From Octopus bimaculoides (Eukaryota): a stretch of DNA of 52,292 nucleotides. A program made the position numbers and the translations under genes. Below, one piece after another: positions 12,166-25,430 of this stretch. Location: positions 180,992,023-181,044,314 of the forward strand of contig NC_068982.1 in assembly GCF_001194135.2 (NCBI RefSeq), read 5' to 3'. Below the pieces are notes generated by a model, which saw only the letters and a list, made by a program, of their open reading frames with translations, was not told where the DNA came from and searched no databases. How positions within the stretch are numbered: position 1 is the first letter of the stretch; each line of letters starts with the position of its first letter.

Positions 12166-12320
12166 TTCATTCATCGTACTTAAACAACCGAAGCTGCTTT
12201 CTACTTGAGCCAGCAAGTCCTTTTGATTCCTGGATTGTAATGAAAGAAAGCGAAAAACTGAAAATACACAATCCCTTAAAATTTGAAATTACAAAATTTA
12301 CAGTGTAAAAACTGTGAAGT

Positions 12321-12471
12321 CTGTACCTGTAATGATTGATGTATTGGGACCTGTGAGTAATGATATGCACAAATAGTGGAAAGGGATTGAAGTAGAATGT
12401 ACTGCAGAGCTTCTACAGAAAGTTTGCCTCTTAAAGACAGGAAAGATTACGAGAAGGGTTCTGAGCACTTG
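12321..12471 (+). mobile_element. RLE-type (R4-like) LINE C-terminal fragment
   Basis: VPVMIDVLGPVSNDMHK*WKGIEVECTAELLQKVCLLKTGKITRRVLST*. Confidence 0.65.
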
Positions 12472-12487
12472 AAAGATTATTGGTTTA

Positions 12488-12575
12488 AAATTTTAGCACA
12501 AGGCCAGCACGTCAGCGGAATTTGAACTCAGAATATACAGACTAATTTTTTTTGTCTGATACTCTGGCGAATTTT
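12488..12575 (-). mobile_element. SINE family B fragment
   Basis: TAGCACAAGGCC..GCGGAATTTGAACTCAGAA matches 47060-47190 and the reverse complement of 14410-14648. Confidence 0.5.
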
Positions 12576-12855
12576 TTTTTTCATCCAGTAATAGTTTTTT
12601 TTTTCTATTAGAGACTGTCTAGCAAGAGAGATATATTTGTAGTTCATATTTCCAAGTTTTAATTTTATAATCTTATTTCATTGTAACCCTGCCGTTATGT
12701 GAAATCTCATTTCATACGCATCAACCGCTGCCCTTGTGGCAATCAGAAAATCACTGTTATTATATCTGTTAAGTACTCGACAAATACAGATGCTTATTAA
12801 AGTGACTGCAAGGACAATTTATGTTCCTGTAGTGTAGTTTCAAAACCGCAATCGA

Positions 12856-12856
<1 letters not shown>

Positions 12857-12942
<86 letters not shown>
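12857..12942. repeat. (AAT)n microsatellite
   Basis: Direct reading. Confidence 0.95.
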
Positions 12943-12943
<1 letters not shown>

Positions 12944-13307
12944 GCATTAGCAAGAGCAACAACAGCAATAGTAACAATAATAATTATTATTGAATTGGCA
13001 TAGCAAGAATAATGTTATGTGCTGTTAAATCAGCGCTGTTACTACGGTGATGATTATGGAAAATATAAAATTATGTGCCCGACAAATTGATTTATCTGTC
13101 GTCTTTCAATATGTATTTATCGTGTGTAATTCTCCAAGTTTATTACTTAATAATAGCGATTGCTCTGCGATGCAGATGTATGTGCAGCTTAAATACTTCT
13201 GAATACACACACATATGGAGATGACACTGATATGAGCATGTGTTATTTTAAAATAAAATCTTAATCTAGCAACAGTTTAAGCGGAAAGATAACGGCATTA
13301 ATCTCAC

Positions 13308-13343
13308 CGCCCAAAAAATTGTCTGAAACAGCCAAAAGTACTC
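13308..13343 (-). CDS. Candidate 36-nt internal exon (EYFWLFQTIFWA), unknown gene
   Basis: Acceptor ttttgtttctcttttgaatag, donor GCG|gtgaga, open in phase 0. No homology recognised. Confidence 0.25.
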
Positions 13344-14029
13344 CTATTCAAAAGAGAAACAAAACCAGGTTCAAATGTGAGAAACATAATCACAGACACA
13401 CTTGTAAGAATGGAGTGGCTCACTGAAATATAAAGTCTCGAAACACATGATATCAGTAGCATAAATTCGCGTATAAACAACACAAACACAATACAAAATA
13501 ACAGAATAGGATACCAGTAAATTTACACGAAATTATATATGATGGACAAAAACGAGTAGGTAACTTGTATAGCATCGGTTATATAACTCACTCTTCTTTT
13601 CTATATATGACCTCATTCATAAGAAATACGTTCACACTTCAGCGAGCACAATAATAACATATTAGGGGAAACAGAATATACATTTAGCACCCGTAACACA
13701 CAAACACATCTCATTGTCTCTATAAGTCTATATGTCTGTTTGTCTCTGTTTCTCTTCCGTTCTCCCTTCTCGCTCTCTCTTTCTCTCTATATAAATATAT
13801 ATACATATATATCTATGTACAGAGAAAGATAGAGAGGGAAGTATATCCATGTACATATATATTTATGTTGACATGTGCGCGCGCGCACACACACATACAC
13901 ACATACACACGAGAGAAGTAAATAGACACACCGTACAACATCGTATTATATTTATTTTAAATTGCAAAACTTTATTTTTTTCTTAATTGACATTTTTATG
14001 TTTCAGATTCTATATGGCACTGTTTAATC

Positions 14030-15342
14030 ATACCTCACACAAAAGAAGCATTGAAACTAGCTGAATTTGAAGGAAGCCATATTGTGGGTCAATCTCAACG
14101 TAGAATTAGCCATCGTAAACGTGCAGAACACCATCGAATCTTGCTTTCTACAGTTGATGGAGTCACTGTGTAATTCTCCAGAGAGGAGAATGAGTCCACA
14201 TAACTTTGTCCAGACGACCAGCGCTCCGCTGACCGGAACCTTCGCTTTGATAAGATCAGTGTGGAGGATAATCCTAGCTGCAAGGCCTCTGACATAGCAG
14301 AGCAAGTTGATGTCAGTTCCTGAACAGCAGCCAGGTATCTCCACAAATTTGGCTACTATAGCAGAGCAGCAAGGAGGAAGCCACTTCTTCCACCAACCAA
14401 TATCAAGCGCTGTGCTGGCAGATTCGTTAGCATGCTGGGGGAATTGCTTAGCAGTATTTGGTCTACTGTTACGTTCTGAGTTAAAATTCCGTCGAGGTTG
14501 ACTTTGCCTTTCATCCTTCCGGGGTCAATTAAATAAGTTCCAGTTACGCACTGGGGTCGATGTAATCGACTTAATCTCATTGTCTGTCCTTGATTGTCCC
14601 TCCTATGTTTAGCCCTCCCCCCACCCACTGTGGGCAATAAAGAAAAAAAATATGAAGCGGAGAAAAGATTGGGCAAGTGAGATGGTGGAGAGGCCACTTG
14701 CATTTTGGGACACTATCATATTCTCTAATGAGTCCAGATCTGCTGCATTTTCTGACAGTTGTCGCGTGTGGGTATGTGATTAAAGACTCTGTGATTAAGT
14801 ATTTGACGTGAAAAGATTGCAGCAAACAATGCAACACGGTGGCTATACTGTCATAGTCTGGGGAGCATTTTGAAGCAATAGTCCATCAGAGCTGATGGAG
14901 TATGAGGGAAACAAACTCAGATGTGTTCATATTGCAGGATTCTTTCTAATCTTCTCCAGTGCTGAAATAATTAAAGAAGACTGGTCTTTATTTGTGGAAA
15001 TCGCGGCTTCTTGTCACACGGCTTTAAATAGACCCGAGATTTGTTGGAAGAGAATGACATTGAAAAAGCTTCTATGGTTAAGCCAGTCACTGTTCAGCAG
15101 TGAGTTAGAGATCTTAAATCTGAAAAGAATTTGAGCTCTCTCAGTTACCCATAGCTTGCATTTTCTGATCCGTTAACATATATTATAGATTTTTCGACTA
15201 TTTTGCACTTTATCGCATGCGGTGTTGCGAAAATGACTCTCCCCAGACACAAAAGAATATGCTTCAACACATGAACTCACATAAAGAGTCTTGCAAACCA
15301 CATCCCAAAACGAAAGGGTGCATATAATTTTTGAAACATATG
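14030..15342 (+). mobile_element. Tc1-family transposon relic (transposase pseudogene about 14030-15140), interrupted by a SINE
   Basis: LAEFEGSHIVGQSQ (paired-like HTH), YYSRAARRKPLL, WDTIIFSNES (first D mutated), HGGYTVIVWGAF, AASCHTA, WLSQS. A 3' TIR-like GGTGCATATAATTTTTGAAACATATG+TA at about 15317-15344; no matching 5' TIR seen. Confidence 0.85.
14410..14648 (+). mobile_element. tRNA-derived SINE family B with 11-bp TSD
   Basis: Head GCTGGCAGATTCGTTAG..GAGTTAAAATTCC, A-rich tail, flanked by AATATCAAGCG (14399-14409) and AATATGAAGCG (14649-14659). Confidence 0.9.
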
Positions 15343-15391
15343 TAGGGATTAAAGGAACTTATTGATTATATGCGATTTGCTCCATTTATTA

Positions 15392-15445
<54 letters not shown>

Positions 15446-16266
15446 TTTTTTGTTTTTGTTGCCGTACACATTCGCTAGCTTTCTTACAAAGGGGTCTAAT
15501 GACCNNNNNNNNNNNNNNNNNNNNNNNNNNNNNNNNNNNNNNNNNNNNNNNNNNNNNNNNNNNNNNNNNNNNNNNNNNNNNNNNNNNNNNNNNNNNNNNN
15601 NNNNNNNNNNNNNNNNNNNNNNNNNNNNNNNNNNNNNNNNNNNNNNNNNNNNNNNNNNNNNNNNNNNNNNNNNNNNNNNNNNNNNNNNNNNNNNNNNNNN
15701 NNNNNNNNNNNNNNNNNNNNNNNNNNNNNNNNNNNNNNNNNNNNNNNNNNNNNNNNNNNNNNNNNNNNNNNNNNNNNNNNNNNNNNNNNNNNNNNNNNNN
15801 NNNNNNNNNNNNNNNNNNNNNNNNNNNNNNNNNNNNNNNNNNNNNNNNNNNNNNNNNNNNNNNNNNNNNNNNNNNNNNNNNNNNNNNNNNNNNNNNNNNN
15901 NNNNNNNNNNNNNNNNNNNNNNNNNNNNNNNNNNNNNNNNNNNNNNNNNNNNNNNNNNNNNNNNNNNNNNNNNNNNNNNNNNNNNNNNNNNNNNNNNNNN
16001 NNNNNNNNNNNNNNNNNNNNNNNNNNNNNNNNNNNNNNNNNNNNNNNNNNNNNNNNNNNNNNNNNNNNNNNNNNNNNNNNNNNNNNNNNNNNNNNNNNNN
16101 NNNNNNNNNNNNNNNNNNNNNNNNNNNNNNNNNNNNNNNNNNNNNNNNNNNNNNNNNNNNNNNNNNNNNNNNNNNNNNNNNNNNNNNNNNNNNNNNNNNN
16201 NNNNNNNNNNNNNNNNNNNNNNNNNNNNNNNNNNNNNNNNNNNNNNNNNNNNNNNNNNNNNNNNNC

Positions 16267-16404
16267 ACCATCATCATCATCATCATCATCTCATCATCAT
16301 CATCATCATCACATCATCATCATCATCATCATCATCATCAAGGTCGTCGTCGTCGTCGTCGTCGTCATCATCATCATCATCGTCATCATCATCATCATCA
16401 TCAC
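16267..16404. repeat. (CAT)n/(CGT)n microsatellite
   Basis: Direct reading. Confidence 0.95.
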
Positions 16405-17383
16405 ATAAACGTCTGCTGTTTTATAGCATTTCAAAAACTATTAATGCTGTTCTGTTAAGTTCTTTGAAAAGTTATCCGCCATATTAGCGCTAAAAACATT
16501 GTGTATGATTTTATGAATTCTTTAAATTATCGAGGAGTGACGGATGCAATAGAGCAACAGGCTAACAGCTTAACGCTCTGCTTTAATTGCTTCATTACTG
16601 AACGAAGATTACCATCCACATCTATAATCAGGGCCTCAGACAACGATCAAGGCATGAAATGAAGTGAATATACTGAACCAAGAGAAGAATCGGTGTGATT
16701 GCTTACAAAAGATGGAACTCCACTAAAGACTATCAACTGTTAGAAGGTGGTAGTTATAAACTAGACCAAGATTAATTGAATCCACTGCAGTTATGCACGT
16801 CACTATAGGAGTTTGTTGTGGGCGTTAAACTGGGCAAGGATTCATTAAGTCGAACCTGTTGATACTCTGGTTATTTTGTCCCAAGTTTATTGCAATCCAG
16901 CAGTCCCGTAATTGAGATTTTTCACAGATTCAGTCAGACACAATATGCCCATTGCTACATTACACTGTAAGGCATTTCTTTCTTAAAACTATAGTCTGAT
17001 ATTCGAGGGAGATTTCTCTATTACGGACGGCATTCAAGTGATTACACAGCGTCGGCCTTCTTAGCCGCTTGATGGAAAATTTGATCAATTCGGTGATCGA
17101 TAAATTAATTATCAGTGATTTACACACACGCGTATTGACAGTTAAACCAATTAACTTGTAGTTAAAATTTAGCAATAAGTAGTGTGCTGTCTCCATAGTG
17201 ATTTCATTTACATTATGAGAGAGATAACTCGCAATGACACGCAACGTTGTCCTGAAGATGTATGAGACAATGGGTTTCAATGCAGTGTTTCTTTAAAAAT
17301 AGGATGGAATGAAAACGGTTGCAATGCATTAGATGCCATGTATATTGGATACAGTCTAATATGAAGCTAAATAATATTTCAGC

Positions 17384-17424
<41 letters not shown>

Positions 17425-17969
17425 NNNNNNNNNNNNNNNNNNNNNNNNNNNNNNNNNNNNNNNNNNNNNNNNNNNNNNNNNNNNNNNNNNNNNNNNNNNN
17501 NNNNNNNNNNNNNNNNNNNNNNNNNNNNNNNNNNNNNNNNNNNNNNNNNNNNNNNNNNNNNNNNNNNNNNNNNNNNNNNNNNNNNNNNNNNNNNNNNNNN
17601 NNNNNNNNNNNNNNNNNNNNNNNNNNNNNNNNNNNNNNNNNNNNNNNNNNNNNNNNNNNNNNNNNNNNNNNNNNNNNNNNNNNNATATATAATCCAGTTC
17701 AACCATATGAAAATACAGTTTATGGCGTGAGAAAGGAATTCTAATAAAATTAATGTTATATAAGTATGAACGTCTGTGACTCTAGATAGAATGTGAATAT
17801 AAAATTCCGTCTGGTACTGATTATATCAAGTAAAACACACTTGTTTACATGTATTCTTTTATTTCAATATAAACCATTTGGTCCTTTTGTATGATGCATT
17901 CCATAACGTGAGAGAAACTTTGTATACAGAAGGCAATTATTTAATTTCCCGCACCCTTATATTTATTAC

Positions 17970-18140
17970 TTGTCTGTCATTAGACTGGGACACCACCTTG
18001 GAGAATTTTTAGTTAAATGAATCGACACCAGTTTTTAAAACCTGGTAGGTATTCTAACACGAAATTACAGTAACATAAATTTAGCAACACCGGTTGTCAA
18101 GCAGTGGTGGGAAACAGACATAGGCTTAAAGACAACCTGC

Positions 18141-18197
<57 letters not shown>

Positions 18198-18440
18198 TTT
18201 TTGTTTATACATACATACATACATACATACATACATACATACATACATACATACATACGTACATACAGATATATAAGTATGTATGTCTGTCTCAGTTTTT
18301 CACTTCGAAATCCACTCAGAAGGCTTTGCCCAACCCAAGGCTATAAAAGAAAACACCTGCCTAAAGTGCCATGCAGTGGGACTGAACCCACAGATATTTA
18401 TTTGGAAGCAAGCTTGTTAACACACTGCCACGCATGCGCC
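17970..18440 (-). mobile_element. SINE family A copy with expanded internal (TG)n-(TACA)n
   Basis: CCGGTTGTCAAGCAGTGGTGGG..AAATCCACTCAGAAGGCTTTG..GTGCCATGCAGTGGGACTGAACCC aligns with 3450-3825. Confidence 0.8.
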
Positions 18441-19204
18441 TATATATATATATATATATATATATGAATGATCATGGGTTAAAAGGTTGAAAATTACAAG
18501 ATGCCATAAAATTATATAATGGAAAATTACACTCGATGTTTTCTTCTTCATAGAGAAGTTTTCGACTATTTATTTGAGAGAATTAAGTTTTACACTTACC
18601 GAGAAGCTAAAGAAATATCATCTAATTCTCATCCAAATTACTCCGAGAATATTCTACGAAATTGTATTCCTAATATTAGTAATCTGATGATAATTATCGT
18701 CAGCCGAGTCTATATTTATTACTGTTTTTAATTATTATTATGAAGCCTTTCTCATAACTGGCTTTCTCGGTAAAATACATATTAGAACTCGCTTGAATAT
18801 TCTGAAGCGTGAAACTTTATACAGTTGCAGCGTTTTGTAGTAGCATCCCAACTAAGAGTATCAACAAATATAATCAGAAACATCGTAAATGCGACTTCTT
18901 TATAATGGGACCTCGGTTATTGACTTCAGGTCCGTCAATAAACCAAATTATTTTCAGTAGCAGTAACATCGTTGTTCATGCAACATCTAGTTGTATTACA
19001 CCAAACACTTGCCCATGAAAAGTAATTGTCTTCGTAAAACTTAAATATATTGTGCTAAGGTTCTCTCATGCCCCAGTATAGTCACACCAACTACAACCAG
19101 CAAAATAATAGAATAAATTATGCGTGTCTAAATATCATGTCTTAGTCCTCCAAGGACTCTACTCTATTGCCGTCCGACCCGCTAGAAATAATACTATTAC
19201 TCAC

Positions 19205-19326
19205 ATATTTTATAATAGAAATTAACATATTTATAGTAAAATTTCCATGCTTTAATGAGAGAGAGACTACGATGTTTAGAGTAGTAAATACGTAACCAAA
19301 ATCTTCATCCTTATAATGGAAAATAC
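19205..19326 (-). CDS. Candidate 122-nt internal exon (G)IFHYKDEDFGYVFTTLNIVVSLSLKHGNFTINMLISIIKY, unknown gene
   Basis: Strong acceptor (T-run..gacttcag) and donor TAT|gtgagt; only one of three frames is open. Confidence 0.3.
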
Positions 19327-20149
19327 CTGAAGTCATAAAAAAAAAAAATAATAATAAATAAATCCACACATAACAGAGTTATACCTTTTATGATGCAATG
19401 TTTCTTATCTGTAAGCAATCCTAAAGATTATTCCCATTCTCATATATTTAATAGAACTACGATTTCGAAAACACAAATGGAAGCTGATGAAATTAAATGC
19501 GTCAATGCAATCATTCAAACAACCATCGACACATACTTTACAATATAGGTATTTCGATAACGATACACAGAGCGGCAGAATGTATAATCTAATACACGTT
19601 ACAAATCTCATATTCTCTTAACTGTACACATATCAACATAAGGTATAGTTACATACATCATGACAAGCTAAAACAATGTAAGTATAAGAAAGATCTGACA
19701 TAAATTAAAACAGAACAAAAGTGACAATAACAATACGAATCGACATTAATCAGGAAGAATCATCTTAAACCCTTCCCAATTCCCAATACTGCGAGCTGCC
19801 AGATAGTTTATGAGAAATAAATGCCTAATAATAAAAGAGAAAGATTTTTCTAGAAAAAACTCAGAAGAACCCAATCTAATTTAGTGAGTTGCCTTAACAG
19901 TTCATCCCTAATAGAATAAAGGCCCACGCATTTGCAAAAGCCCATGAAACACTCAAAATGAAAGTTGCAATACAAAATCCAGAAAATACGTATGCGGTTT
20001 TGCTCCGTAAAATAGAAATAGTGAAGCACAAGGAAAATAAAACATACAAATTAACTACAATAGGGAAGAGATATCGTGTGGGGAAAAGAATTTTGAAAGG
20101 GAAACTAAAACTGAGAACAAGTGATGAGGGTTCAGATATTCTATGAGAA

Positions 20150-20580
20150 ATATTCAAAGAAAATATGAATTAGAGTTATGCATGAACAACACATACGAAG
20201 TAAATCTTCAAGGAAATCAATGACAAAAATGCAACGTATGATATGGAATGAAGACTATTTAGACGAAGAACGTTATCAGTTGTTATCAAATCCCGGTGTG
20301 AGATCAGATCAGCAATTATAAAACTCATATAAAAGGGACAAAAAGAGAAAAAAAGGGAAAGCAATAAAAAAAAGTTCTTCAAAGCAAGAAGGGAACAAGT
20401 AGAACAGATAAGAGCGCAGCAATTGTTTGAACTACTAAGTGAATATATTTGCATGAAGTTCGGGGAAATAGTATTCAAAGAATAGCAAAAGAGACTACAA
20501 TAAAATACTGAACAGGTTACTAGGAAAGGAAAACAATTTTCCCATATAAAAATGAATACATTTGAGACCATTTCTTTCAT
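20150..20580 (+). mobile_element. Degraded L1/Tx1-like RT fragment
   Basis: NATYDME*RLF (cf. KAFDRVEW) and FFKARREQ..LFELLSEY (cf. F..RG.RQG..LSPLLF). Weak. Confidence 0.3.
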
Positions 20581-20620
20581 GCAAAGATTAAGAACATGAG
20601 CAAATCTCTGATACATGTGA

Positions 20621-20628
20621 ATGTGTGT

Positions 20629-20706
<78 letters not shown>
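20621..20706. repeat. (TG)n microsatellite
   Basis: Direct reading. Confidence 0.95.
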
Positions 20707-20708
<2 letters not shown>

Positions 20709-21499
20709 TACAACAGGCCAGCCGCTCATCTGGAATATAAAATGTGTCAGAAAATCTGAACTATAATCCGTAGGAAATGGACGGATATAAATAAGAGGTT
20801 TAGTTAAACCGTAGAAATTCTGATGGCATAAATGTAAAAGTAAGTTAAATGTAATTGATTGAATATCGTTAGGTATGAAACCACACTGTATATTTCTAGA
20901 GTTCGGAGATGCCGTCAACAAACGAAATACATACACAATTATCGCAGCGTATCATTCACCCAACGTGGAAATATATAGAAAACAAATAAGAACATTTACA
21001 AATTAGCAATTTTGCTGGGAGCCTAGGCGTCCCTATCCTCATTAAACAGAGGACATTTTAAGGATGATTTTTACAACTACACTCCATTTAAAGAACTGTA
21101 ACGTTAATGGATTTGTTGGCTCAACTTTACCATCGTTAAAAGTGCTCTTCATACACATTAACTATCTTCCTCCAATGAATTCTTTAGAAAATAGTTGCAA
21201 GAGTTAGTAATTGTCTAGAGAACCTAATAATGTCTGTAAAAGGACTGTAAAAGCAATATAAAATGTGCATGATGTATGGAAATATGATGCTCCAAGTGTA
21301 TTGAAATTAATTGAATACTGAATAAGTTTAAATTGATACAGTCACCGCAATCGCAGAATTACGTCATAAACATCCATAAACTAAAAGTGGCTTGACCGTC
21401 ATATTAAGTGCCGATAATACATGGACCCTACTCAAAACAGCAATTCAACGTTTTAAAAGTGTTCCGAGATAACAGTATTTAGTTAGAGGCAGATAAAAA

Positions 21500-22660
21500 G
21501 AAAACATTCAAAACTAATTCAAAAGATTGTGAAAAATTCCTAAAACTTTGTCACGAAAGAGCAAATGACGTAACACTCTTTTAAAAGTATTTAGGCTTCC
21601 ATATACCTCTGAGGAGTATGTGGTGTCATGACCAATTATATGGCTTGATTTATTTGTGAGCGGCAGGATTATATACAAGTTTATTCAATCTTCGAGGCAC
21701 AGACCATGTCCACAACAAATACAAGGCTAGAATCATTAGCCAAAATTATCACCAAATTAGAGTCTTGATATCTAATTACATTATCAGCAAAGTAAGGATT
21801 AATAGATAATATGAAAAACAAAATAACTGCTTAAATCTGTGGAATCTCCCTGAATATGCAGTTCCTTATGAACTCCAAAAACACAAGCTATTTCTGTGTT
21901 GAGATCTATTGAGACAGTGAAGGAATTGAAATAGGTCGATGGTGCAAAGCAGAAGTATAGCTGTTATAATGAAGTAGGAAATATCAGCCTGCTTGTCGGA
22001 AAAAGACAGGAAAAGCAAAAGGAGCAAGGCAAGTTTCAGAGAGTATCAATACCAACTAAAAAAAAAAGAAAAGCAAGAAAACCGGTTATCAAAGATTACG
22101 AGGATCAGTCTTGGTACCAATGTTTCATGAGCAAGTTTTTTGCTGTAAAACCCAGAACTGAGTATATGTAAGTGTGTACCAGTCCTTGATACAGACCGAG
22201 AAGTAGACTAACGTAATGAGTCACTAATTTGTCTACAGCCTGGGTCTCTGGATATGAGGATGTTGATGCTGGGATTGTAGCCACATTTACACAAAAGAAG
22301 TAAACGTGAAGTGGAATCCTGATGGACTGAACTGAAAGTTAATTCAAAATCTGATAGTTTTGCTGATCAAAGAAAGAAAAGAAGACACTCACCGTGCAGA
22401 TAAAGAGTACGTATACTATGAATACCAGGCGGCGTAAGAGGATAAATGGTCGCTGATATCTATATTATCGGTCTCTCGATAGCTGAAGGGGTGGGTCATG
22501 AATTTAAAGATGGGGATCACTTTATGATTCGATACAAGCCTAAAATGACCTTGTGCAATTTCTATCTTCGCAGTTGTCAAGAGGTGATAGGGACAGAAAC
22601 TGGTGCACTTCTTGGATGCCCTCATTCTACCGACGTTGCCTTCAGCCTACAGCCCTAATT
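21500..22660 (+). mobile_element. Highly degraded piggyBac-like transposase relic
   Basis: Ordered, frameshifted motifs VTKEQM (cf. VDEQM), DSEGIEIGRW (cf. I..VRW.D), KPVIKDY (cf. P.I..YN), STAWV (cf. NAW). Confidence 0.35.
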
Positions 22661-22882
22661 TATATGTTTTGTTTTTGCTTTCAATATAATGTAATTCGGT
22701 TTTTGAATTTCAACTAATTATTATATACATACACAAAATTACATCTTTTGTAAACGCCTTTTGAACAGCCAGTTTTGTATTGTTAATTGTTATATATAGG
22801 TCGTAGTGGGCTATAAAGAAAGGAATATTATTAAACATACTTGTAGACATCTTTTGTAATTATCTTCATTATAATTTTTCAA

Positions 22883-22883
<1 letters not shown>

Positions 22884-22931
<48 letters not shown>

Positions 22932-22967
22932 TTGCTGCTGCTACTACTACTACTACTACTACTACTC
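22884..22967. repeat. Interrupted (CTA)n microsatellite
   Basis: Direct reading. Confidence 0.95.
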
Positions 22968-24261
22968 GTCTGACAGGATGCCTTCCTTTGTTTTCATTAT
23001 ATCCTGACTGTGATTTATGAATTACCACTTGCTTCACTAATATACGAAGTATTTAAAAAGGGATTTTTTTTTCTCGAATTACCATTACTTCGTATCGAGA
23101 TTTTGCTGTCTGCATTTATCTCTTTTATGTTATAATAATTCAATGTAAATGACCATTTCGTGCCGTTTACTTTATCCAAAGGTTTAACAAAAGGCAATAT
23201 CAGATTGTTCTTCTTTTAGATATTAGCTTGAAAATAAAATATGATTTTTCGCATACGATTTATACACTATAATTACTTCCCGTGAACATGTATGCTTTTA
23301 TACAGTTTAGGTGTTGTAAAATGCGCAGTAGTGTTGCAGCTAGAATTTGTTTTTGTTTTTTTTCCATTAGTAGAGAATAAATGGATCTTTTAACTTATTT
23401 TCTATGTTACATGATATAATTTAACAACCATTATTACACTTACTAAATTATGTGCTTTATATTTTGCTTTTATAATTCAAAAATTAATTGCTGTTCTTTT
23501 TCAAAAATATAAAAGAAACTAGGAAAATATTATTTTATAGATTTTTTGATAGCGTATTTGACTAAATTTGCCACTTTAATTGCTTTCCTGTTGCACAGTG
23601 TAAAATCTATGCATACCATACTTACTGTTTAGAGCTTTGTCAGTTGCATGTAAGCCGCCGCATGAGGTATTAAAATTTTAAAAAAGCAATAACTTCAATT
23701 ATTGATGCATTAAAATCATTGCAATCAACATGAATTTCACCAAAATTTAAATCAGCCAATGTATGTGCAAAATAGTGAAAGAAGCATCATCCATATGAAA
23801 GTACGGTAATATGATGATATTTAAGTAGATAAATGCATACCTAAAGAAAATTCATAATCCAAATATAATAGATGTTCATTCAATAATTTACTACTTGACA
23901 ATTCCAACATCATAATTCAAAACACATTTACCCACACATCTGAAAACTTCGAAATATAAATAAAAGATAAACAGATCTGTTGAAACTTGTACAATATATA
24001 TATACCCAGAAACTAAGACATTATTAAACATATTTATACCCATATTATTCAATGTTCTTTTTAATGAAAGAAATATTTTCAGCGATTTCATGCGAGTTGC
24101 TTGCTTGTATTTTCATTTTCTTTTTTTGTACACGTACATTTATGAATATAGCACTACACAAACGACAGACATGCACACACATGCAAAAATTCTTGTATTC
24201 GCACACGTATATCCATGAGTTATTAGTTGTGCACATATAGTAACAATGAAAGAATCCATAC

Positions 24262-24319
24262 CAATACAAAATTGCCAACTCATGTAGAAACGGAAGATTC
24301 TGCACTTGAGCAAATCTTT
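24262..24319 (-). CDS. Candidate 58-nt internal exon (KDLLKCRIFRFYMSWQFCI-G), unknown gene
   Basis: Acceptor atttgatgtttggcag, donor TTG|gtatgg. Ends in phase 1, matching the 19326 candidate. Confidence 0.15.
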
Positions 24320-25312
24320 CTGCCAAACATCAAATATATTTAAACAAGATTGTTGCAAATTTACAGTAGTCTATATATTTATATTTAATTTAAAAAAAAT
24401 AATAACGTATATTCATTCCCATGCACATCTTTCTTTTGTCTATTAATATTTATATTTTATTTGCAGATGCTTGATATTCTTTTTTTTCTTCTTTTAGCTT
24501 TCCCCATATTTCCATATTCATAAAACCTCCTCTCCAATTCCTCCAACTTATATTGGACATAACAGTAATATTCATTAATGAATGAGGTCTTACCTTTATT
24601 TTCTTTTTGCCTATTTAAAGCCTTATGTGGGATCCAAATATATTCTACTTGCCCTATTCCATAATACATTTGTTTACCATTTCTTTACAATTGGAAACGA
24701 ATACTAGGAGGAACATTTTTGGAAGCCTTAGCCTCGAATACATACATACATGCATACATACATACACCCATACATACACACCTACAGGCATACCTAAATT
24801 TAAACATACATACATACAGGCATACATACATTTACACATACATACATACATACATACATACATACATACATACATACACACGTGGGTATATGATACAACA
24901 ATCATTATATTGGAATCCAGAAGAGATTCAAAAGTGCATAGCTATTGGAAACAAAAACAAAAGAGAGAAGTGGCACTCAAATGCATTACTTTATTACATC
25001 TCTTCTTCTCTAGACCCTCACTTTTTTCCTGTAGCTCACCACTATTCCATCATTTCCCCTTCTCTCTCCTCCCATTTTCCTTTAGTTTCTTTTCTTTGTT
25101 TAATATCGTGTATTCTCTTATATAGTTTTCCCTTCAGTATAACGGTCTATAATTATTCTAAAATGCTTTTACCTCTAGGACTCTCTCTCTCACTCTTTCC
25201 TCCGTTCTCTCTATCCCACATTCAATCATCTTAGTTAACGTCTCTTGTCATTGTCATCGCCTTGCCTTTGTGTTATATATATATATATATATATATATAT
25301 TTACACATACTC

Positions 25313-25352
<40 letters not shown>

Positions 25353-25374
25353 TTATTTATTTATTTATTTATTT

Positions 25375-25430
25375 ATTAATGTGTTTCAGCCAAGTGGCTG
25401 CGGTCATGCTGGTGCACCACCGTGATTTTC
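25375..25430 (-). mobile_element. SINE family A-like 3' end fragment
   Basis: TGTTTCAGCCAAGTGGCTGCGGTCATGCTGGTGCACCACC resembles the 3' end of the family A copies. Confidence 0.45.

Noticed and set aside
16960-17280. 106-aa minus-strand ORF and the similar 104-aa ORF at 11081-11395
   Set aside because: No recognisable motif, composition typical of AT-rich non-coding DNA, and no convincing splice context.
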